From: Pyrinomonadaceae bacterium | GTDB taxonomy: Bacteria > Acidobacteriota > Blastocatellia > Pyrinomonadales > Pyrinomonadaceae | Length of the DNA: 64,000 nucleotides | NCBI GenBank assembly: GCA_036389395.1 | Contig: DASVPY010000087.1 | Span: 1,774-65,773 of the forward strand | Reading direction: 5' to 3' | Shown: positions 1-6,460 of the stretch, piece after piece | How positions within the stretch are numbered: position 1 is the stretch's first letter | Layout: each line of letters starts with the position of its first letter | Position numbers and translations under genes: made by a program | Notes under the pieces: generated by a model | What the model saw: the letters and a program-made list of their open reading frames with translations, nothing else | Told to the model about the DNA's origin: nothing | Databases searched by the model: none

Positions 1-226
1 CCCCCGGAACCGACGGCCGGCGGCACGCAGTAAGAGCCTCGCCGACGGTGAACCCGGAAGTTCAAGCTGACCGGGCGGTCGTTCGACTTCCGTCCAACGG
101 TTCGCCGGATCGGCACATCCTAAGACCGGCATGAAGCGGGCGCGCCCCGCATCGTGCCCGGCGCGGTCGGCAGTCTGCCGGCGCGCGGTCTTTACACGGC
201 GGGCGCGCACGCTAAGGAGAATCCCG

Positions 227-778
227 ATGTTCAAGCAACTCCCCCGCACGCTGGTCGGCTTCGCGCTGACGCTCGCGTTGGTCTGCGCGCAGGCGCTCGC
301 GCCCGGCGCGGCGGCGGCGCAGGAGCAGCAGCCCGTCACCTTCTCGCTGCGGACGGTGGACGGCGGCGCGATCACCGCCGAGATGCTGCGCGGCGACGTG
401 GTCGTGCTGGCGTTCGGCGCGTCGTGGCTGCCGCTCTCCGGCGATCAGGCGCAGGGCGTGCAGCGGCTCGCCGACGAGTACGCCAACCGCAACGTCCGCG
501 TCTACTGGATCAGCACCGACTCGGAGTCGCCCAAGTCGAAGAACTACGCGACCGACGGCCAACTGCGCGACTTCGCGCGCCGCAACAAGCTCAAGGTCGC
601 CGTGCTGCGTGACCCCGACGGCGCGCTCTTCAAGCACATGGGCGTCGAGCGCAACCAACTGCCCGCGGTCGTCATCCTCGACCGCCAGGGCAACATCGCC
701 GGCACGCCCATCGGCGGTCTCGACCCCGAAACCAACCTCGTCACCCAACTCGCGCCCCGGCTCAATCAATTGCTGTGA
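227..778 (+). CDS. Secreted thioredoxin-fold (TlpA/redoxin-like) protein lacking the CXXC active site
   Basis: Within ORF 131..778. ATG at 227 follows AAGGAG (214-219). Signal-peptide-like N-terminus (FALTLALVCAQALA). TlpA-like segment VVVLAFGASWLPLSGDQ sits where FWAxWCxxC is expected. Confidence 0.75.
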   Translation: MFKQLPRTLVGFALTLALVCAQALAPGAAAAQEQQPVTFSLRTVDGGAITAEMLRGDVVVLAFGASWLPLSGDQAQGVQRLADEYANRNVRVYWISTDSESPKSKNYATDGQLRDFARRNKLKVAVLRDPDGALFKHMGVERNQLPAVVILDRQGNIAGTPIGGLDPETNLVTQLAPRLNQLL

Positions 779-781
779 AGA

Positions 782-940
782 GCAGTGGGCAGAAGTTAGA
801 AGTCAGTAGTCAGTAGGAAGACAGTTCAAAGTTCAAGGTTCAACGTTGAAGGTCGGCTGCGTGCTCAACCTTGAACGTTGAACCTTGAACAGTTAAACCG
901 TCTTCCTGCTGACTACTGACTACTGGCTTCTGCCTACTGC
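782..940. repeat. Long imperfect palindrome (about 70-nt arms) built from CAGTAGT/CAGAAG and GTTCAAC/GTTCAAG words, between convergent genes
   Basis: The reverse complement of the right arm (867-940) aligns with the left arm (782-852). Arms are tandem 7-nt words. Confidence 0.85.
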
Positions 941-946
941 TTTCCC

Positions 947-1576
947 TCACACCTCGCCGCTCAACTGGTAGACGAGGCGGATGGGGAGGCCGACGACGTT
1001 CCAGAAGTCGCCGTCGAGCGCCTCGATGAAGAGCGCGCCGCGGCCCTGGCCGGCGTACGCGCCGGCCTTGTCGGCCGGCTCGCCGGTCGCCACGTACCAG
1101 TCAACTTCGTCGTCCGACATCGGCGCGAAGCGGACGCGCGTGACGGCGTGCGCCGTCGCCGCCCGCTTCGTCTCGGCGCGCACCAGCGCGACGCCCGTCA
1201 AGACCTCGTGCCAGCGCCCGCGCAGCCGCCGCAACATGCGCCGCGCGTCCTCTTCGTCCGCCGGCTTCGCCAGAATCTCGCCGTCCACCACGACGGTCGT
1301 GTCCGCGCCGAGCACCAGCCCGAACAACCGCCGCGCCGCCACCGCCTCGGCCTTCTCGCGCGCCAGCCGCTCGACGTAGTGCGCCGCGCGCTCGCCCGCG
1401 CGCAGGGTCTCGTCCACGTCCGCCGCCTCCGCCTCGAACGGCCAGCCCACGGCGCGCAGTATCTCCGCCCGGCGCGGACTCCCCGACGCCAGCACGAGCC
1501 GCTCGCGCGCTTCCGGCGCTAACGCCCCCGCCGCGCGCCCGCGCCCTTCAGTTTGTGACGCCCGCTCAGTTTCCAT
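947..1576 (-). CDS. maf: Maf-family nucleoside triphosphate pyrophosphatase (septum formation protein)
   Basis: 209 aa. N-terminal LVLASGSPRRAEIL and C-terminal KAGAYAGQGRGALFIEALDGDFWNVVGLP are Maf hallmarks. Confidence 0.9.
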   Translation of the reverse strand: METERASQTEGRGRAAGALAPEARERLVLASGSPRRAEILRAVGWPFEAEAADVDETLRAGERAAHYVERLAREKAEAVAARRLFGLVLGADTTVVVDGEILAKPADEEDARRMLRRLRGRWHEVLTGVALVRAETKRAATAHAVTRVRFAPMSDDEVDWYVATGEPADKAGAYAGQGRGALFIEALDGDFWNVVGLPIRLVYQLSGEV

Positions 1577-1591
1577 GCTACACTCCCCTCA

Positions 1592-1716
1592 CGATTGCGG
1601 ATTTCGGATTGCGGATTGCGGATTAACAACGCCCGGCAGCTTAACGCTTGTGCCTGCCCCGGCATCTTAGTTTTCACGCCCGCATTCCGCAATCCGAAAT
1701 CCGCAATCCGCAATCG
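1592..1716. repeat. Inverted repeat of GATTGCG/GATTTCG heptamers (33-nt arms, about 60-bp centre) between divergent start codons
   Basis: Left arm cgattgcggatttcggattgcggattgcggatt (1592-1624). Right arm attccgcaatccgaaatccgcaatccgcaatcg (1684-1716). Confidence 0.85.
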
Positions 1717-1718
1717 AG

Positions 1719-2216
1719 ATGGACGCACTGTTCCGGGCCATGCCTGAGTTGTTGCGCGCGGCCGGCGACGCCGAGGAGGTCGCGGAGGCGGCGGCCTGCG
1801 CCGCTTGGCGGCGCGTCGCGGGCGAGGAGTTGCGCCGCCAGGCCGTGCCCTTCCGCCTCTACCGCAAGACGCTGACCGTGGCGGTGGCGGACGCCACCTG
1901 GCAGCGGCAGCTCGAACAGATCAGCGGGCAACTGCTCTTCCGCCTCAACTCGCTTTTGGGGCAGCCCGTCGTCACCTACATCGAGTTCCGCGTAGACCCG
2001 CGGACGGTGGCCATCGAACGCGCGCGGCTGCGCGGCAACCAGCCCGACAAGGTCGTGCAGGAGCTACGCGCGCTCGACCGCGCCCGCCCGCTCGACCAGG
2101 ACGCCGCCGCCATCCACGACGAACAACTGCGCCGCCGCTTCCTGCTCGCCGCCGGCAGCTACCTCGACGCGCAAGAACACCAGGAGTCAGGAGCCAGGAG
2201 TCAGAAGCCGGAATGA
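1719..2216 (+). CDS. DUF721/DciA-like protein
   Basis: 165 aa. The N-terminal pattern (AWRRVAGEEL..PFRLYRKTLTVAVADATWQRQL..) resembles the DUF721 family. The last 11 codons lie in the repeat arm 2181-2213. Confidence 0.65.
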   Translation: MDALFRAMPELLRAAGDAEEVAEAAACAAWRRVAGEELRRQAVPFRLYRKTLTVAVADATWQRQLEQISGQLLFRLNSLLGQPVVTYIEFRVDPRTVAIERARLRGNQPDKVVQELRALDRARPLDQDAAAIHDEQLRRRFLLAAGSYLDAQEHQESGARSQKPE

Positions 2217-2285
2217 AAAGATGCCCTTCTGCCTTCTTCCGGTTTCCTGCTTCTGGCTTCTGACTCCTGGCTCCTGACTTCTGAC
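2181..2285. repeat. Palindromic element of CAGGAGT/CAGAAGC words
   Basis: Left arm caggagtcaggagccaggagtcagaagccggaa. Right arm ttccggtttcctgcttctggcttctgactcctggctcctgacttctgac. Confidence 0.85.
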
Positions 2286-2288
2286 ACT

Positions 2289-2585
2289 ATGCCCATCACC
2301 GAAGCCGACATTGATAAGATCGCGCAGCTCGCGCATTTGGAGATCACGGACGCAGAGCGGCGCGCGCTGACGCCGCAGATCGCGTCCATCGTCGCCTACG
2401 TCGAGCAACTCAACGAGTTGGACACGAGCGCCGTCGCGCCCGCCCTCGGCGGACTCACGCCCGAAGGCGAACGCACCGCGGCCGTGCGCGACGACACGCC
2501 GCGCCCCTCGCTCGGCCAACAACTCGCCCTCCAAGAAGCGCCCGACCCGGCCGCCGGCCACTTCCGCGTGCCCAAAGTATTGTGA
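2289..2585 (+). CDS. gatC: Asp-tRNA(Asn)/Glu-tRNA(Gln) amidotransferase subunit C
   Basis: 98 aa. ITEADIDKIAQLAHLEITDAE...YVEQLNELDT is typical of GatC. Sits immediately upstream of gatA. Confidence 0.9.
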   Translation: MPITEADIDKIAQLAHLEITDAERRALTPQIASIVAYVEQLNELDTSAVAPALGGLTPEGERTAAVRDDTPRPSLGQQLALQEAPDPAAGHFRVPKVL

Positions 2586-2728
2586 GCAGTAGCCAGGAGT
2601 CAGAAGCCAGAAGTCAGAAGCCAGAATGAAAAGCTGGCCTTTCATCTTCCTTCTTCTTTCTTCTTTCTTCTTTCTTCAGACTCCCGGCTTCTTTCTTCTG
2701 ACTTCTGACTTCTGACTCCTGACTTCTG
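2586..2728. repeat. Palindromic CAGAAGC/CAGGAGT element plus a CTTCTTT x4 tract, filling the gatC-gatA spacer
   Basis: Left arm 2586-2626. Right arm about 2690-2728. Central cttctttcttctttcttctttcttc. Confidence 0.85.
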
Positions 2729-2732
2729 TTTT

Positions 2733-4193
2733 ATGTCCGACAACACTATCGAACGGATCAGGGCGCGGCGCGCGGCGGGCGCGGGCGTGCGGGCGACGGT
2801 CGAGGCCGCGTTGACCGCGGCCGAGGCTTTGAACGAGACGCTGAACGCGTTCCTGCAAATTGATCGGGCGGGCGCGTTGCAGCGCGCGGCCGAGTTGGAC
2901 GCGGGCGCGGCGCAAGACTCGCCGGGCGCGCTCGCGGGCGTGCCCGTCGCCGTCAAGGACAACATCTGCGTGCGCGGCTTGCAGACCTCGTGCGGCTCGC
3001 AGATTCTCGGCGACTACCACCCGCCTTACGACGCGACCGTCGTCGAACGGCTCGACCGCGCGGGCGCGGTCGTCGTCGGCAAGACCAACTGCGACGAGTT
3101 CGCGATGGGATCGTCGAACGAGAACTCTGCGTTCGGCGTGGTGCGCAACCCCTGGGACACGGCGCGCGTGCCGGGCGGCTCGTCGGGCGGCTCGGCCGCC
3201 GCGGTGGCTGCTCGCATCGTGCCGGTGGCGCTGGGGTCGGACACGGGCGGGTCTGTGCGCCAACCCGCCGCGCTGTGCGGCATCGTCGGCCTCAAGCCGA
3301 CCTACGGGCGCGTCTCGCGCTACGGGCTGGTCGCCTTCGGCTCGTCGCTCGATCAGGTCGGCGTCTTCGCCACCAACGCGCGCGACGCGGCCGTCACGCT
3401 CGGCGTCATCGCCGGGCGCGATACGCGCGACGCGACGACCGCCGACGTGCCCGTGCCCGACTACGCGGCGCTGCTGACCGGCGAGGTGAAAGGCGCGCGC
3501 ATCGGCGTCGCGCGCGCGCTCCTGGGCGAAGGCCTGGACGCGGAGGTGCGCGCGGCCGTCGAGGCGGCGATTGAGACTTACAAAGAACTGGGCGCGGAGA
3601 TCGTCGAGATCGAGTTGCCGCACGCGCGCTACGCCATCGCGGTCTATTACATCATCGCGACCGCCGAGGCGTCGTCGAACCTCGCGCGCTACGACGGCGT
3701 GCGCTACGGCTTCCGCGCAGAGGAGGCGGACGAACTGCGCGCCATGTACCGGCGCACGCGCGAGCAGGGCTTCGGCGCGGAGGTCAAGCGCCGCATCATG
3801 CTCGGCACTTACGTTCTGTCGTCCGGCTACTACGACGCCTACTACCTGAAGGCGCAGAAGGTGCGCGCGCTCATCAAGGACGACTTCGCCCGCGCCTTCG
3901 AGCGCTGCGACGCGGTGCTGACGCCCACGTCGCCGACGACCGCGTTCCTCATCGGCGAGAAGACGGACGACCCGCTCGCCATGTACCTGAACGACATCTA
4001 CACGGTGACGGCGAACCTCGCGGGCGTCCCCGGCATTTCCGTCCCGTGCGGGCTGTCGCGAGACGCGCTGCCCATCGGTCTGCAACTGCTCGGCCGCCAC
4101 TGGGGCGAGCCGGACATCCTGCGCCTCGCCCACGCCTACGAACAGGCCCGCCCCTTCGACACGCGCCCGCCCGTCTGCGCGGCCGGCGAGTGA
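2733..4193 (+). CDS. gatA: Glutamyl-tRNA(Gln) amidotransferase subunit A
   Basis: 486 aa. Amidase signature [13 protein letters not shown], plus [26 protein letters not shown]. Confidence 0.95.
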   Translation: MSDNTIERIRARRAAGAGVRATVEAALTAAEALNETLNAFLQIDRAGALQRAAELDAGAAQDSPGALAGVPVAVKDNICVRGLQTSCGSQILGDYHPPYDATVVERLDRAGAVVVGKTNCDEFAMGSSNENSAFGVVRNPWDTARVPGGSSGGSAAAVAARIVPVALGSDTGGSVRQPAALCGIVGLKPTYGRVSRYGLVAFGSSLDQVGVFATNARDAAVTLGVIAGRDTRDATTADVPVPDYAALLTGEVKGARIGVARALLGEGLDAEVRAAVEAAIETYKELGAEIVEIELPHARYAIAVYYIIATAEASSNLARYDGVRYGFRAEEADELRAMYRRTREQGFGAEVKRRIMLGTYVLSSGYYDAYYLKAQKVRALIKDDFARAFERCDAVLTPTSPTTAFLIGEKTDDPLAMYLNDIYTVTANLAGVPGISVPCGLSRDALPIGLQLLGRHWGEPDILRLAHAYEQARPFDTRPPVCAAGE

Positions 4194-4200
4194 AAGGGAC

Positions 4201-4290
4201 TTAACCGCAAAGGGCGCGAAGCGGGCCGCAAAGGACGCAAAGGTTTTTCTTCGCGCTCTTTGCGGCCCGCTTCGCGCCCTTTGCGGTTAA
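4201..4290. repeat. Perfect 33-bp inverted repeat TTAACCGCAAAGGGCGCGAAGCGGGCCGCAAAG with a 24-nt loop
   Basis: The reverse complement of 4258-4290 is identical to 4201-4233. Sits between convergent gatA and ORF 4312..4716. Confidence 0.9.
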
Positions 4291-4311
4291 ATCCGGGCGC
4301 GCGACCAACCT

Positions 4312-4716
4312 CTAACCCGCGTCCTTGTCCGGGATCAGATCGCCCGTGAACAACTCGACCACGTCCTTGACCGTGCCGACGATGGGCGTCAGGTCAAGCC
4401 CGACGTGGATGAGACCGTTGCGCAGACCCTTCTTCCTGATCTCGTAGCCGGCGAGGCCGAGGACGACCGCCGCGCCGACGAAAGGGATCGGCTTGATCAG
4501 ACGCTTGGCCAGTTTCCAGCCGCCCGCGCGCGCCGCGCGCCGCGTCAAACTCGGCCGCGCCGCCCTGCCGTGCATGATGTTCGTGGCCACAGTCCGCACC
4601 TCCCCGTCGTCAAAAATTCTCCGCCCGCCTGAGCCGAACAAGTCCGCCGCCCGTTTTAGCTGAACAGGATTGCCGCCCATTCTAGCCGAAGCGTCGCCTT
4701 CGTAGCCACCTCGCAC
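4312..4716 (-). CDS. Small hypothetical membrane protein (start uncertain; ATG at 4680 or 4575 also possible)
   Basis: High-GC3 ORF. One hydrophobic helix (IPFVGAAVVLGLAGY). No recognisable family. Confidence 0.5.
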   Translation of the reverse strand: MRGGYEGDASARMGGNPVQLKRAADLFGSGGRRIFDDGEVRTVATNIMHGRAARPSLTRRAARAGGWKLAKRLIKPIPFVGAAVVLGLAGYEIRKKGLRNGLIHVGLDLTPIVGTVKDVVELFTGDLIPDKDAG

Positions 4717-4786
4717 GCCGCGCCGTCGGCGTCGCTCGCCGCGCGCGCCGGGCGCGTGCTACATTGCGGCGCAAACGCTTAAGACG

Positions 4787-5278
4787 TTGCGGCGCGCGCC
4801 TATGTTGCCTTTCTTACGCTTCCGCTGGCCCGAGATGCGCCCGGTGGCGCACGCGCTCGTCGCGCACGTCCAGGCGGGGCACGCCGCCGGGCCGTTCACG
4901 ATCCCGGTGACGGAGTTCGTCGGGCTGTTCGCGCCGCGCGCGACCGCGGCGGAACTGGCGAAACTGCGCGCGCGCGGCGACATCGCGTTCACGCCCGACG
5001 CGCCCGACGGCGGCACGTTCGCGCTCGCGCCGGGCGCGCGCGTGCTGCTCGACCTGCACCGCGAGGGGCTGGTCATACGCGTGCCCGCGCGGCTCGCCGG
5101 GCGCTACGCCGTGGCCGCCGACTCTGTCCGCGTCACCTTCACGCCGGGCGCGGAACTCGAAGGCTGCAAGCGCGTCCTGCTGCTCGTCTGCAACCGCCTC
5201 GCCAGCGTCGAGATCACGCACGCACACGTCGAGGCCCGCTCGCACCACCGCGTCTTCGATCTGCTTGTAGAGTTTTAG
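4787..5278 (+). CDS. Hypothetical protein
   Basis: 163-aa ORF with codon bias like its neighbours. No recognisable motif. Start is TTG at 4787 or ATG at 4802. Confidence 0.5.
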   Translation: MRRAPMLPFLRFRWPEMRPVAHALVAHVQAGHAAGPFTIPVTEFVGLFAPRATAAELAKLRARGDIAFTPDAPDGGTFALAPGARVLLDLHREGLVIRVPARLAGRYAVAADSVRVTFTPGAELEGCKRVLLLVCNRLASVEITHAHVEARSHHRVFDLLVEF

Positions 5279-5318
5279 CTGACTGCGCGCGTCAGAGTTC
5301 TAGCCGCCGGGCGCGGGC

Positions 5319-5669
5319 TTACGCCTGCTGACCTTCCAAGCGCGCCACGCGATCTTCCAACTCACGCGTGTCCGCCATGACATTCAAGACGCGTGCTTCA
5401 AACCGATCCACGCGCGTCATCAGCGCGCGCAGGTCGGCCCGAAGACCGCGCACCTCGCCTTCCAGTCCGCCCACGCGCGCCTCTAACGCGCTGATGCGTT
5501 CTTCGACTGCGCCCACTTTAGCTTCGAGCGCGCCGACACGCTCTTCAAGCGCGCCGATGCGTTCTTCGAGCCGATCAAAGCGGGCGTTGACTTCAGAGCG
5601 CAGTAGGCCGACCTCGCGGCTGATGGCGCTGACGTGGTTGAGTATTTCGGTTAGCCGGTCGCTGCTCAT
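5319..5669 (-). CDS. Small heptad-repeat coiled-coil protein
   Basis: ATG at 5669 is preceded by GGAGG. Nine consecutive heptads: LEERIGA LEERVGA LEAKVGA VEERISA LEARVGG LEGEVRG LRADLRA LMTRVDR FEARVLN. Confidence 0.7.
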   Translation of the reverse strand: MSSDRLTEILNHVSAISREVGLLRSEVNARFDRLEERIGALEERVGALEAKVGAVEERISALEARVGGLEGEVRGLRADLRALMTRVDRFEARVLNVMADTRELEDRVARLEGQQA

Positions 5670-5849
5670 CGTGTCCACCTCCGGGCGTGAGAGTTCCGCG
5701 GCCCGGTTCACAGAGGTGGCGGCATTATACGCGCGCCGCGCCGTTGCCGCGCGCTTCGAGTTGCTTGCCGCTTGCGCGAAAGTTGCAAGACGGGGGGACG
5801 GGCACACGACCTTGCGTCGTGTGCTCGCGGCAAGGGTCGCGTCGTGCGT

Positions 5850-6353
5850 TCACTGTTCGAGCTTGGCGCGGGCGCGTTGGAGGAAGGTGCGCATCATCTG
5901 GGTGACGCCCTTCTGCATCTCGGCGCTGAGGCGCGTCTCGCCGAGGAGGCCGGCGAGCATGTGCAGGTCGCGCGCGTGCGGGCGGCGCAGCTCGACGCGC
6001 TGCGCGATGCGGACGAGCACGCGCGCGCCCTGCTGCTCGAACTGCGCGACGTAGCGCAGGAAGTTGTCGCGCGCGTGCGGCGCGGGCGACCACTCGATGC
6101 GTTCGGGCCGGTCGTCGGTCTGCGCGACGGCGAACGCCTGCCGGAGCGCGCCGACCACGGGCACTTCGGCCCGGATCAGCCAGCGCACCACGCCGCCCGC
6201 CTCCGCCTTGATCGACTCCACGCCCGGCATCAACTCGACGAAGTTGCGCAGGTCGCCGAAGAATGCCCGCGCCACTTCCATCGTCGTCCTAATCTCCAAC
6301 TGCTCGTCGTAACCCGCTCTGATCTGAAACACGGCTAATAACCTCGTGAACAT
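5850..6353 (-). CDS. SRPBCC-superfamily (polyketide cyclase/CoxG-like) protein
   Basis: 167 aa. Size and pattern (EIRTTMEVARAFFGDLRNFVELMPGVESI...) resemble SRPBCC ligand-binding proteins. Confidence 0.6.
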   Translation of the reverse strand: MFTRLLAVFQIRAGYDEQLEIRTTMEVARAFFGDLRNFVELMPGVESIKAEAGGVVRWLIRAEVPVVGALRQAFAVAQTDDRPERIEWSPAPHARDNFLRYVAQFEQQGARVLVRIAQRVELRRPHARDLHMLAGLLGETRLSAEMQKGVTQMMRTFLQRARAKLEQ

Positions 6354-6355
6354 TG

Positions 6356-6460
6356 ACAGGTGACAAGTGACAGGATAAAGCTTTTACTCGTCACCTGTCA
6401 CCCGTCACGGTTTACGGCTTTTCTCCTGTCACCTGTCACCCGTCACCCGTCACGGCTTTT
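6356..6460. repeat. GTCACCC/GTCACCT heptamer element (short hairpin plus a direct repeat ending CACGGCTTTT)
   Basis: gacaggtgacaagtgacagg pairs with cgtcacctgtcacccgtcac. A second cctgtcacctgtcacccgtcacccgtcacggctttt follows. Confidence 0.8.

Noticed and set aside
131-226. Upstream in-frame extensions of ORFs in the track (131-226, 14841-14906, 22283-22372, 23589-23732, 33902-34117, 37711-37773, 5670-5807, 10911-11006, 32215-32238, 44754-44777).
   Set aside because: The extensions are Arg/Pro-rich or run through repeat arms. Internal ATG codons preceded by AGGAG-type sites give proper signal peptides or family-typical N-termini.
2676-4133. Long antisense or alternate-frame ORFs of 300-650 aa opposite real genes. 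Examples: 2676..4133 versus gatA, 8055..9434 versus M14, 13016..14374 versus glnE, 18339..19787 versus glnA, 20124..22052 versus speA, 23709..25685, 26182..27588, 49670..51409 and 54224..55879.
   Set aside because: These are typical stop-codon-poor shadow frames of high-GC DNA. The translations are Arg/Ala/Gly/Pro-rich with no motifs, while the opposite-strand frames carry unambiguous family signatures.
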